In this document: piece by piece, positions 14,563-28,499 of the stretch
How positions within the stretch are numbered: the first letter of the stretch is position 1
Layout of the letters: each line of letters opens with the position of its first letter
DNA from: Lama guanicoe
Lineage: Eukaryota
Length of the DNA stretch: 64,000 bases
Assembly: GCA_013239625.1 (NCBI GenBank)
Contig: MU053557.1
Span: forward strand, 6,025,842 to 6,089,841
Direction of reading: 5' to 3'
The notes under the pieces: model-generated
The model's database searches: none
The model's input: only the letters and a program-made list of their open reading frames with translations
What the model was told of the DNA's origin: nothing
Translations under genes and position numbers: made by a program

Positions 14563-14884
14563 GTTATGTGGTATAATAAGGAATATGTAACTTGACAATA
14601 CTCTATACACATAATTTGTTCTACTGACCACTCAGTTCATAACTCTGAAAGTCTTACATGCCATGGTGAAAATGTCCTTCACTTATGTAAATACTTTCCA
14701 TCATCTTTGCTGAGTTAGGTATCACACTATAGACATGAATTGTAAAATTTTCTCTATAAAGATGTCTTCCACAAAAATAAAAATAAAAATAAAAATAAAA
14801 AAGATGTCTTCCACAAATTTATCAAATTAATCCAGTTCCTGTTATTTATTAAGGCTTGAGCTAATACTAAAGGCTTGTCTGTGT

Positions 14885-16471
<1,587 letters not shown>

Positions 16472-17643
16472 TCATTAAGAACAATTAACAGAATGCAGAG
16501 GAGTGGAACAAAAGATTGATCCAATGAAGCTGATGAATTCAGAAACCAGGGATGGAGGTGAGCCATTTCATAAGACAGTACAGTATACAGTATGATCAGG
16601 GGAATGGATAGACAAGGATGTTAAAGAGAAATACTCATGAAAAACTAGACCTGAAAGAGACAGAGAAGTGCCTGAATTATTATCACTCTAATTTTGGATT
16701 ACTCTTCTAGATTTTGCCCATTTCTCCTGCTTTCTGAATGGAAATGCTCTTCACCTTTTGAATTCATTTTACAAACCATTTGCTACATATATACTTGACC
16801 TACTAGGTGACCCTGCCACCACTATCCAAAGAAACAGGTCCCTTCTGCACTCACAATACTTTAACTCTCCTCAGTCTACTTTCCTAATTAACAACTAATA
16901 CAAACAACAGAAAAATCCAAGATCCTGCTATTGATTCAGTTATCAGATTCACACCAAGGATCCAAGCTTGAATTCTACTATTCCCTATAAATTCCTTCTA
17001 TATGTTATCAAATAAAACTGGCAAAGATCTCCAAGAAAAGCCATATGTCTGTAACTTCAAAGTTTTGTTCATATACTCTTCATGCCCACCCCTACTACAG
17101 TCTGTCTTCAGCCCCTCCCTTAGCATCATCAACTTAATATATCTTCAAAGCAGCTACAGCTGCATGCTCTGGAAAATGCCTTCTAAATTCCGTCGCATCT
17201 CTGTAGATTCTAATTTTCTCTGAAATTTTAAAACCAATAACACCATTTGACCTTTTTTTTTTTTTTTGTACAGCCACGTATTTGGAGGTCTTATCTTCTA
17301 AAGTACAATGTATGCTCTTGGAAGGGGTTTGTCTTCTATTGCCTATTAAACTTTTTCATAAAAGGCATTACATATACAGTAAATAAATGTAATAAATACT
17401 TAATAAAAAATATAATAAATATTATATACATGGAGGATCAATAAGAAATAGCTATCCCCTATAAAGGCTTACAATTATTTAATTGATGAATTATTTGTTG
17501 AGTGTCTACTAAATTCTCAGCACAGAAACAAAGAATAAGAGAATTCACTAAGGAGACAAACATAAGCATCAGACACCAATGAAGTAAAACAAACAAACAA
17601 ACAAACAAACTGATACTTCACTTCCCATCTGCCTGATTTTCAC

Positions 17644-17739
17644 CTGGATAGACCCAATTTGGCATGTCTCTCTTTATGATCCACGGATCTTCTCCTTGTT
17701 CCAACTTGGAAATGACATCTGGTTTGGAAACTGGATGCC
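17644..17739 (-). CDS. ZNF300: ZNF300 KRAB-B exon (96 nt)
   Basis: Acceptor atttaatag|GG; encodes GHPVSKPDVISKLEQGEDPWIIKRDMPNWVYP; donor CCAG|gtgaaa. Phase is compatible with both flanking exons. Confidence 0.9.
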
Positions 17740-17950
17740 CTATTAAATGGAAATCACAGAGGAATTGGGATAGACTGCACAGAAGGCAAAAGAGAAGGTG
17801 CAGTTTAAGGAGGTCTACACTGAAGTAGTCCATTTGGCCCTCAGCAAACTAATGACCTCCATTTGGGAAGGTATAAAGATCATATACTCAGGAACCACCT
17901 AACCATGGCGACTGATAAGGAAAGGCACTTGACTGGACAAGTCTGAGTTA

Positions 17951-18184
<234 letters not shown>

Positions 18185-18401
18185 TCAGAGTGTTTGGGAT
18201 ATATGATGTAAAATCCTGCCTTCAGCAAGAAGAGCCAGACAGAACAGGAAACTGAAAGCAAAATTGTAAAATGCCTATCTAATACAAATGGTAAATTAAT
18301 AAGCGATAAAGGCAGCATTCAAAGAACTGAGGAAGACAGATTATTCGATGAATACTACTGAAACTGGACAGTTAACAGGAAAAGAATAATGTTGAACCCA
18401 C

Positions 18402-18820
18402 ATGTTAAAGGCTGAATTGTATACCCTAAAAATTCATAGGGTGAACTCCTAATCGTTAGTATACCTGACAAAGTAACCTTATTTGGAAACAGGGTAACTG
18501 TAGTTGTAACTGGTTAATTAAGGTCATTAGGGTGGACCCTAATACAATATGACCGATGTCCATATTAAAGGAGGAATCTGAACACAGAGAAGTATACAAA
18601 GAGGGAAGATGGTATGAAGAGACATAAGAAGATAATCATCTACAAGCCAAAGAGACTTGGAACAGATCGTTCCCTCACAGCCCTCAGAAGGAACCAACCC
18701 TGCTGACACCTTGAATTTTGACTTCCAGTCTCCAGAACCATGACACAAAAATTTCTGTTGTTTAATCCACTCAGTTTGTGGTATTTTGTTATGTATGGCA
18801 GCCTAAGCAAATGAATACAA
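18402..18820 (+). mobile_element. MaLR MLT1A/B/C-like LTR in a ZNF300 intron
   Basis: ggctgaattgtataccc...ttatttggaaacaggg...cagccctcagaaggaaccaaccctgctgacaccttgaattttgacttccag...aatttctgttgttt. Confidence 0.85.
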
Positions 18821-20687
18821 TAATATCTTATGTTTTGGAAAAATAGAAAAAATATATTCTGGATTGAGCAAAAATTTAAACTCTAAAAATACCCAAAACT
18901 ATAAAATAACAAAACAACACCTGGGAGGATTTTTATTAATAATTATAAAGAAGGCTTTTTAAAGTATAACATTAAAAAAAAAGAAAAGCCACTTTTAGAG
19001 AATCAGAGAATGTCAGAGTTCTTGAAGATTATAATCCAATTGCCTTATTTCATAGGTAAAAAATCTTAGCTTCCCCTAAATCTAACAGTTCTATATATAT
19101 GCAATAGCTAAGAATATAATGAGATACATCAATTATAACAGCAATGTTGAAAAACACAACAAGAAATATATAGGAAACATTCATGAAAAAACCACGACAA
19201 ATTATCAATGTGACATTGAAGTAAAGGATTTGGGTACAACTGTAGAGCCATATGATGTTTCTGGAGGGTAAACTGACTATTTTAATCATGTCACCATTAC
19301 ATTCATAAGAGTTGTCACCTAATAGTGGAATCTTAGTGATTTGTTATTATTTTAAACTATTTTTGAGGTTTTTTCCTAGTAATTCCCTTATTATCAAATA
19401 TTGCTTTCAGAAAGAAAATATTGTTTGAAAGATCAACATTCCCCAACCTAAAAGACTCTTTTGGTTCCACCCTTGCACATATATCTGGTTTCATCTCAGT
19501 CTTAGGGTTTCTCTCATCCCACACCAAGTCTCCTATTCACATCATCAAGCTGCTAAATAAGCATTTACTTTGTTCTCATATCAAACTACTTTACATATGA
19601 GAAAACTGAGGATATTACAGTGGTTAAGTAACTTCTTGCCAGAGGTTACACACTGAATATATGACTAATTAACTAACTGTCAGATTTAAAAGCAGGTATT
19701 CTGACTCGTAGCTTGTGTTCTTGACCACTGTACACAATGCTTTCCTTGATATTGTAAACAAGATCCTCCATATTTTATTGCCTTAATACCACCTTTGGTC
19801 AAACTTTCCATGAAACACCCTTCACTTTGGTTCTCCTCAAATTTTCAGCCTTTTCTACTTTTGCAAATGCTGTTTTCCACCCTCATCCTACTCCCCTACA
19901 TGATCAGAAGTTCACTAATCTTTTAAGCTGCCTGTTCTCAACTTCCTTATAAAGCTGTTTGCTCCCCATTCTCTGCTGGCTCCCCATCCCTATTACAGAA
20001 CTTTAATGTGTTAATGTTAGTTTACACATCTGTTTACCCCATTTTTCTATTCATTCTTTTCAGTAACGCACCATGCCTAAATCTTGAGATATCCCACAGC
20101 TAGCCAGTGCCTATCACATATATTTGGTAGTCAAGAAATGTTTGCTAAAAGGGAATGAATGAAAATTATAAAGGGGAAAATAAAGTTCATGTTTGGTTAA
20201 CAACAGTTTTCTGAACTAGTCAATAATATTCCTGTTGTCTAAAGAACAGTAACACAAGAAAGATAATAAATGTAGAATGTAGAGGAAAGCTATTCTGGTA
20301 GGAAAAAAGACATAATGCTAACATTCTGCTTTTGCTTTAACAATGATATTAGAATACTTTAATATACTAAATATTTATAATTGTTATTAATTTTGAGTAA
20401 AATGCAGTACATAATCAGTGGAAGATTGTACTTTTGTATCTGCTACAAGCAATTTGTACAACTTGGGTGAATGGGAAAATGGAAGAGATGGAGGAGATGG
20501 ACGGGCAGTCAGCAGGTGTTACAGGAAGAAAGGTAGGATAGACAGGTCTGAAAATGACAACTGCACTACTGCACCATAAGGAAAAAATTTAAATCCTTCT
20601 TCCTGAAGGAACGAGCATATAATCAGTTAATTGGCCATGACAGTTGGATTTATTGGGCTAATAAAAAATCCATTTTCATTCTTTAAA

Positions 20688-20970
20688 GCAGCTCTAATAG
20701 AAATATAGTCAATCAAATAAGCAATTTTAAATTTTTGAGTAGCAATGTTCAAAAAATTATTTTTTCAATAATATATATTTATCTTAATACATCCAAAATA
20801 TCACCTTAATATGTGATCAATCTTTAAAAATTGTTAAGGAGCTTCTGGGAATTAAATCTTTAAAATCCAGTATGTACTTTATACTTACAGCACACTTTAA
20901 TTCAGACCAACCAATTTCAAGTGCTCAATAACCACATGTGGCTGGTGGCTTTGTATTGGACAGCACAACT
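20688..20970. mobile_element. MER3/MER33-like hAT-Charlie MITE
   Basis: ctctaatagaaatat ... tttcaagtgctcaataaccacatgtggctggtggct..gtattggacagcaca. Confidence 0.7.
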
Positions 20971-21889
20971 CTAAAGCTACTAAGACCCAAAGAAGGAAAA
21001 AAATCTGCCTTTTTACAACAGAACTCTGCTAAGTTCTACTGTAAAATATACCGAAGAACTCCAAGATTTGACAATAATAATTTTCATATAATAATAATAA
21101 TAGCTAATACTTAAATATAAGATAAATCATCCCCAGTTACAGTTCTAAGCATGGTTTTTACTCACTTAATCCTCACAACAACCCTATGAGGATTATAATC
21201 TCCATTTTAAGATGAGGAAACCACCTCACTCAACTGGGCCACAAGGATATATTACACATCTGTTAAAACAATAAAGGAGAATTCTATGTACTGACATGGG
21301 AAGATAGTCAAAATGTATACAAAAACCTTTGTACTAGACAGTAAAATTAAAAATCAAGTTGCAAGACAAAACTGTAACATTATTTTCTCAAAAGAAAAGG
21401 ATGAGAAAATAAAGTACACCCTTTGTACTACCACATATACACACTTAATCACAGTTATACTCACAGTGAAAAAGGTTTGGAAGGTTAGAGACAAATGGTT
21501 AACACTAATCATCTCAGAGGAAAAGAGCTGGACTTAAAAGGTCTCTCAGTTTTTAAATTTTTATCTTTTTATTTGGTTAAAATCTTTATACCATGTAAAT
21601 AGTGAACATAGGCAGGGAGAAAAAAATAGACTTTTAAAAACAGAAATGCAGAGAAGAAACTGGCCTCAAGTTGGGCAGTAATCCTACAAACTTTGAAACC
21701 ATAGTAAAGGGTACAGAGCAGCAGGGACACTTACTCTCCAAAGTTTTGTCAAATAATTATATTTTAAGAACTGCCTTTTGAGAGAAATATATATTTTGGA
21801 AGACCATTCAAAATGTACCCATTATCCAGATTTTATCAGTGGATAAAGTTGGACAATAAGAAGCCTCTATAATCAATCTAGTCCTTTAA

Positions 21890-22095
21890 AGCAGAGGTCA
21901 ACAGACATTTTCAGTAAAGTATATATTTTCAGCATTGCAGGCCATATGGTACTTACCCAAGTCTGCCCTTGTAGCACAAAAAAAGTCACAGACAATATGT
22001 AAACAAACGACATGGCTGTACTGCCAATAAAACTTCATTTATAAAAACATCTGGAGAACTGAACTTGGCCCACAGGCAACAGTTTGATGACTCCA
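21890..22095. mobile_element. MER58A-like MITE
   Basis: cagaggtcaac...gcaggccatatggt...ccaataaaactt...ttggcccacaggc..agtttg. Confidence 0.7.
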
Positions 22096-22562
22096 GCCAT
22101 AAAGGATAAAGTTTAAAGAGTTTGGCTATGACATTATGATAACCTCCCTCTAAAAGAAATCACTTTATGGATACAGCTACAAGAAATTTATTATTGCATT
22201 TACTACAGAAGTGTTAGTGAGAACACTGTGGACTCTATCACCTAGAGAAAGACCCCAAAAGGAAATCTGTTCTAGTCTTATATGGAAAGAAATAACGTCT
22301 TCCCGTGGGAAATCTATCTGCTTCTCTTTAGAGCACTACAAATCCTGTAACTGATGACACCTGCAAGAAAGATAAGAAAAATTGGTACACCAATTTTTAA
22401 AAATGGTTTATCTACATATCACCTAGCAACTCTTTCTAGGTCTGGATATTTACTTTGGCTACCTTTTCCCTGATCCAAATTTTAACTGTCTTCGCTTTTC
22501 CACTTGATTGTTTGGAAAACCAAAAAGGGAAATTTTAAAAATTAAAACTCAAAGCAACTCAC

Positions 22563-22577
22563 GTGGGACTTCATCAT
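22563..22577 (-). CDS. ZNF300: ZNF300 start-codon exon (coding part MMKSH; whole exon ~22606-22563)
   Basis: Acceptor ttttttcag|GCATCT, then AAAATGATGAAGTCCCAC|gtgagt. The spliced CDS is 15+127+96+1559=1797 nt, i.e. 598 aa plus stop. Confidence 0.88.
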
Positions 22578-22690
22578 TTTCTGCTCTCTTCTAAAAGGGC
22601 AGATGCCTGAAAAAACAAAATTTTTCAAAATTCTGGCAATCAGAAGGATGTTTTCACAGACCAGATCCAGACTGCAGCTTCCATGTTCAC

Positions 22691-22737
22691 CAGCGTAGAA
22701 ACAACTACCACAGAATTCAGGTAGATGATAGGCCAAC
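22691..22737 (-). other. ZNF300: Candidate 5' UTR exon of ZNF300
   Basis: Pyrimidine tract plus acceptor cttctcccacag|GTTGG and donor GCTG|gtgaac. Supported by splice signals only. Confidence 0.35.
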
Positions 22738-24209
22738 CTGTGGGAGAAGATTGTGTGGTCCTTACAGAGGATCAGCAAGTGTCAAGTGAAGGAAGTCCTC
22801 TCGTGACTACATACGATGATCACATGGAACCTGGACGAAGTTTTTTAATTGTATAGATGTGAAGATATGTTTCATATTGATTTATTGACAACTTATTTTC
22901 CCCCTCTATGAACCAGCAAATCCATTCCGATGTTTTCATAAGGCAATAAACATGAACAGATAGATATATAAAAAGATAAAGTTCCCAAGCAATAAGAATG
23001 GCCAATGACCAAATGGAAAACTGAGGAATGTATTATTACTTTGTTCCCCAAAAAGAATCAGCAGCTGAATTCTGATAATCTCCCAAGAGCTCTTGTATTT
23101 TCCCCTCTTTCTTAGCAAACAGAGCAAAAGCAAACTTTCCTACCAATCAATTTTCATGGACCAAATTGTTAATTTTAAGATATTTTATGTTTAAATTTTT
23201 ATTGCTGATTTTCAACAGTATGGTCAAATGCATATAAAAGTAGAGATATGTTGGAACCATTGATACCAACAAGGGAATATACCGTAATGCAGGAAGGTAC
23301 ATACCTGGTAAATCTTTCTCAGTCCCAGAAGGAGTCATGCAGACATGACTGAACTTGTTCAGAGGAAGTGAGTGCTCCCACGCCACGGAGGCTGTTTTAT
23401 ATGGGGTATTCCAAGCTATGTCAAATTAGATCTGGAAGGAAACAATCAGGAAAAATAGTCATACTCATCTCTGAACACCCAGCAGTTGCTCAATAAATGT
23501 TTTTTGAATAAAATATAAAATGATTTCAATAAACTTAGAAGGAAGAGGGACTAAAATTACACTTCTCATCATAATCCTATCTTTTTTGATTTGTTTGGTC
23601 TTGTTTCAAAATTATCATTTTTGTGGAGGAGAGGGCACCAGGCTAGGGGCATAATGGTGGATTGAGGAGGGATTTGACCTATAAGGCTGCCTATTTATTA
23701 CCTGTGTAAATGTAATGTATGTTAAAAAAAATTAGGGCTGATCAGCATGACACCCTGATCCCACTACTGCTCCCTCCAAACCTCTGCATCCTCGGCCTAC
23801 CCATCATACATCCCTCAGAACTCCCCCAAGCTCACCACATCACTGACAATCACATGGATGTCCCGTCATTTAGTCCACAGCCCCCCTCACCAATCACTGA
23901 TTCCTCAGAGTCTCATAAATCCCCGACACAGTCATCTCCACCAGTCAGTTCCCCTTCATGCCATTTCTGATCCCACAGACAACCCCGTCACTGACACATT
24001 ATCCAGTTACTAATCTCACAGCTCACCCAATCTCTGACTCTCAAATAAACCCAACCCTATTCCCACATACCTTCCCCCCCGCCAGGAACTTCATAAACAT
24101 CCAATCAATGACACTCACGGACCCCTCTCGTTCCATTACAATCCGAAAGACTCATTCATCACCACACATTTCCGCCCTCTGACCTGCAGTTCATTTATCA
24201 AATCCAGAT

Positions 24210-24500
24210 CCAGAAACGCCCGTCGCAGCTTAACCCAGGACGGCTGTCACATCCATAGTGGCGAACTCTCCCGCTTCCTGTCTGGGTGAGCAAAGCGCGG
24301 CGCTCCCAGGCCTACCGGACGGTTTTGCCCACTCCGCATCCTCCGGTGCTTTGTTCAGGAGGCAATATGGCTGCCCCCGTGCGCTGTGCCTCCCAGGGGG
24401 CCGCCATCTTGAGAGGCCGGCCAGTTCCGTACAAGCGGAGGAGCCAAGTTTACGCTAAACCCGAGGCTGGGCTGTACCACTGTGGCAGCGGGGTGGGGGA
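24210..24500 (-). promoter_or_regulatory. CpG-rich promoter / first-exon region of ZNF300 with YY1 site
   Basis: Local cluster of CpGs in an AT-rich background ~1.7 kb upstream of the ATG exon. Consensus YY1 element GCCGCCATCTTG at 24400-24411. Confidence 0.8.
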
Positions 24501-25381
24501 AAGGTGACAAAAAGGAGGATTATACAAACCAGTAACGTGTAAAATTTTGCAGAAAGACTTTTACAGGAGGATTGGGCAGGAAATTTGACAGATAACGTCA
24601 TCTATTAGAAAACTGCACTTGATGAAAGAGCAAGAATATGAAGTGGTAAAATAGTCTCACTGGCGACTTCACTTAAAAGTGTAAAAGGTACAGCCCTATA
24701 TCGGGAGATTCTACTTGCCGAGACAGGTGGAAACACGAAATAGTATGGTCCTCTCCCGGGAGCTTCCACTGTGGGGAAGAGGGGGCAAAGAGATGCGAGA
24801 ATCCACAATAATGATGAACTTTACGCAAAAAACAGTTATAAGGAATTCTGTAGGGGAAATTACTACTGAGTAGCAAGCTGCAGAGGCGGACTGAAGAAAA
24901 AAAGTAAAACTGAGAGACAGGGAAGCGGAGATGCAGAGAATCAGAGACTAGGAGAAAGATAATGGGGGCAGAGGAGAGGCCTGTGTAGGAAGAGAGATGA
25001 GAGACTGAAAGGTGAAAAATGGAAGTACAGAAACAAAAGTGGGAAGCTACGGGACAGGACACAACACGGGAGACTCTGAGGCAGGCTGAGACAGAGGACA
25101 CCAAAACAACAGAAGGAGAAAAGGAGAGGACGAGAGTGAGGTAGTTAAGAGGTTTCAGGAAAAAAGATCGCTTGCTTAAAAAAATGAACAATTACAACAC
25201 TTGTTAACATAACCTTTACCTTACATCAACCTTTTATACTTTTTTTTAAAATGCACACTAACAAACTGATCTTCATGTGCATGAACAGATGCAATTTTGA
25301 ATCATCACAGATTTTACAAGACCCATGATTTATTTTTGGCTTGTGTGTAATTAAATGAGCATCAATTTTATATTAGCAGTT

Positions 25382-25790
25382 ATGTCTCCCGTGCAAATAA
25401 AAGAACATCTGGATTTAGATATGAAGAGATTTTATTCAGAAAGACTGCAATAGGGAGAATGCACTAATCTCAGAAATCTGCGAGCATCGCACAGAATCAA
25501 ACAGAAAAAGGCTTTTTATTTAATAGGGAGGGGTAAGAAGAGTTAACAGGTACTTTCAAGAGGTGGAGGTGTGCAAGTGGCAAAACCAGGGCACTTCAAC
25601 AGGAAATGTTTCTACGGCCCTCAGATTCTGAGAAAACCCTGTTGAGGGAGGATGTTCTGCATATCCTTAGTCCTTTAGTGTATGTTTAAACTTGGGGGCA
25701 AGCCAAAATTTAGGGTATGTGGGGAGGAAAGAGGCTTAACATTTGGTCAAGACAAAGATAAGGGTAAGAATGGGCAACTATCATCACTCC
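25382..25790 (-). mobile_element. LTR-like element upstream of ZNF300
   Basis: Inverted LTR layout: tgtctcc...gagattttattcagaaagactgcaatagggagaa...ggctttttatttaataggg. Confidence 0.45.
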
Positions 25791-26259
25791 AGTTTAAACT
25801 TCCACAGTTACATCAATCTTTATTGCATGTCTTGTGCTTAAGACAGTGTAGTCACTCACTGTATTACACACTAAGGGTATGGTAATGATTAATTCAGAAT
25901 CCTCAAGCAATGATGCCAGTGGAAGTTGATATGGGAAAGGGCCAAATCATGGAGAACCAGGCAGAAATTGTGAAAACATTAGTTCTTTATCCTAAGACTG
26001 ATGAGAAGCACAAGCTAATATTTCATTTAAAAAGAAGTTGAAGGGAGAGGAAGCCTCTTTCATAAGGAAAGAAAAATTAAAGTCATGGTAAGGTACTATT
26101 TTCCATCTATTAGCTTGTTAAAAAAAAAGGATTCTAAGTTTAGAAATACATAGTGTTAGTAAGGCCATGGGAATCTGGAACTTTTCATATATTACTAATG
26201 GGACAGAAACATGGTATAGCCCTTATATAGGAGATTGGGCAACAGGTAGCAAAACTACC

Positions 26260-26855
26260 TGTATTTGCTATCTGTTGCTTTATAACAGATTACCTGAAAT
26301 TTAGCAGTTTGAAAGCATAAATGTAATTATTTTATTCATAATTTCTGGGAATTAAGAATCTAGGAATAGTTTAGCAGGGTGGTTCAGGTCTCGTCTCTCA
26401 TGAGGTTGCAGTCAAGCTGTCAGCCAGGACTGCAGTTATTTCAAGGCTCAAATGGAGGAGGTTACGCTTCTAAACTCAGTAAGTGGCTGATGACAAGCCT
26501 CAGAATTTCAATTTCAAGCTTAGTTCCTCTCCATGGGGACACTTCCTTAGGCTACGTGATTATCTTCATGTCATAGTAGGGGTCTTCCCTCTCCCAAGCC
26601 TGCCTCATAGTATGGTAGCTGGCTTCTGTCCAGACCAAGTGAGTCAAGGGAAAGAGAGTGAGAGAGTACACTTAAGATGGAAGCCACAGTCTTCTTATAC
26701 CCTAAATTGGAAATGACATCTCATTATTTCTATATTTGCTACAAGTGAGTCGCTAAGGATACCCACAATCAAAGGGATAGGAAATAAGTTTCACTTCTTA
26801 ACAGGAGGATTATCAAAGAACGTATGGACATATCTCTAAAACTACAACACTACAT
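26260..26855. mobile_element. MLT1-type LTR
   Basis: tgtatttgctatctgttgct...ggttgcagtcaagctgtcagc...aagatggaagccacagtc. Confidence 0.65.
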
Positions 26856-27229
26856 ATAAGCTTTTGCCCTTTAATTCAGAAATTCCACTTCCACGAATAT
26901 AGCTCAGAGATACACGGGGAAAAAAAATACACACACACACACACACATATACATATATACAGGTTACTTATTGCAGTACTATTTTTAATACCAAAAGACA
27001 GCAGTCAACCTGAATATCTACTAACAGAGGTCTTGTTGGTTTACATTACGGTATACACATGAAACAGTATTATTCAGCTATAAGAGAGAGACAGAGAGAA
27101 ATGACTCTACACACTCATATGGAGGTAACTTTAGGATATAATGTTATATGAGGAAAAAAAAAGTAGGGAAAAAATGAAAATAGTTTGCTGTTACCATTTA
27201 GTTTTTAAAAATGTAAAAATGAATATGTA

Positions 27230-27803
27230 TACTGTTAATTCTTGTTATCCATGGTAGCTATGTTCTATTAAGTTGCTGCAAACACATAATTAGTGAATAC
27301 TGAACAATTTCTCCAAAGGGAAATAAATAAAAACAAAATACATTATAATCTTCAGTTACAGCTTTGTGTAACTGAAGATTATAATCTTAAAAACAACTCA
27401 TCTTGGTGGATTCCTTTTTTTTTTTTTCTTTACAAAAGAAAAAACAAGCTTCAGAAGAGGTAAGTGATTTGCCTGGGGTCACTCCAACAACTAGGGCCAG
27501 AGTTAGATTTAAAACCTGTCCAACTGGCCTCAGAGCTGGAGTTCCTTGCACTACGCTGCACTGCCCCTACCGTCTCCATCCTCTAGTCATCTCTGTATGA
27601 GAGCTGGAACAAGGCCAAGCATCCCCTTGTTTAACCTCAGCTGGGAATGTGTGCAAGGGGCAAGTCAAATTTTTTGCTGCTCTGCACGTGTCTGTTAATG
27701 ACTGCAAAAGCACTGTGAGCATTGATTTTGGGGTTAGAAATACATTTTAGTAAGTAGGTGAATTTGCAGATACAGTATCTGTGAATAATAAATATCAACT
27801 GTA
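27230..27803. mobile_element. MER82-like TcMar-Tigger element
   Basis: TA-flanked imperfect terminal inverted repeats (ctgttaattcttgttatccatgg / ctgtgaataataaatatcaactg) and internal attagtgaatactgaac. Confidence 0.7.
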
Positions 27804-27879
27804 TATATGCTTACCATAAAAATAAAAAGCAAATGATGGAAGCATAAGCCATCAAATAAAATATAATCTCCAAAAGGTA

Positions 27880-28435
27880 CTATTAGTTATCTATTGAAAA
27901 GTGGCAACTTACCCCGAAATTTAGTGGCTTAAAACAGCACACATCTATTGTTCCACACTTTCTGTGGGTCAGGAATCTGGACATGGATTATCTGGGTCCT
28001 CTGCTTCAGGGTCTTCCACAAATCTATAATCAAGGTATTGGCCCAGGCTGCAGTCTCTCTCATCTGAAGATACAAATGGGGAAATACTCACTTGCAAGCT
28101 CAATTACATGATTGTTAGCAGAATTCAGTGCCTCAAGGAATGCTGAACTGAGGGCATTTGTGTCCTTGCTGGTTTTTAGATGGAAGCCACCCACAGTACT
28201 TTGCCACATAGGACTCTTCAATTTGCAACTTGCTTATTTAAGGAGACAAGAGGAAGAGTCTGTAGGCAAGACGGAAGTCACAGTCTTTCATAACCTTGTG
28301 ACATATGTGACATCCCCTCAATTTTACCATATTCTATTGATTAGAAGCTGCTTCTATGCAGAGGGCATTATTACAAAAGGCCACGAATACCAGAAGGTGG
28401 GAATCACTGGTAGCTATCTTAGATACTTTCTACCC
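27880..28435. mobile_element. MLT1-type LTR
   Basis: tattagttatctattg...agtggcttaaaacagc...tctgtgggtcaggaatctgg...accatattctattgattagaagc. Confidence 0.7.
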
Positions 28436-28499
28436 GAGGCAGAAAGGAAATAAGATAGAAGGGATAGGGAGAATACCTAATCCTTTTTACCTAACACAG

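Noticed and set aside
24673..25191. 172-aa hydrophobic Ser/Leu/Phe-rich ORF on the minus strand
   Set aside because: By-product of a pyrimidine-rich low-complexity strand; no domain and a non-ATG start.
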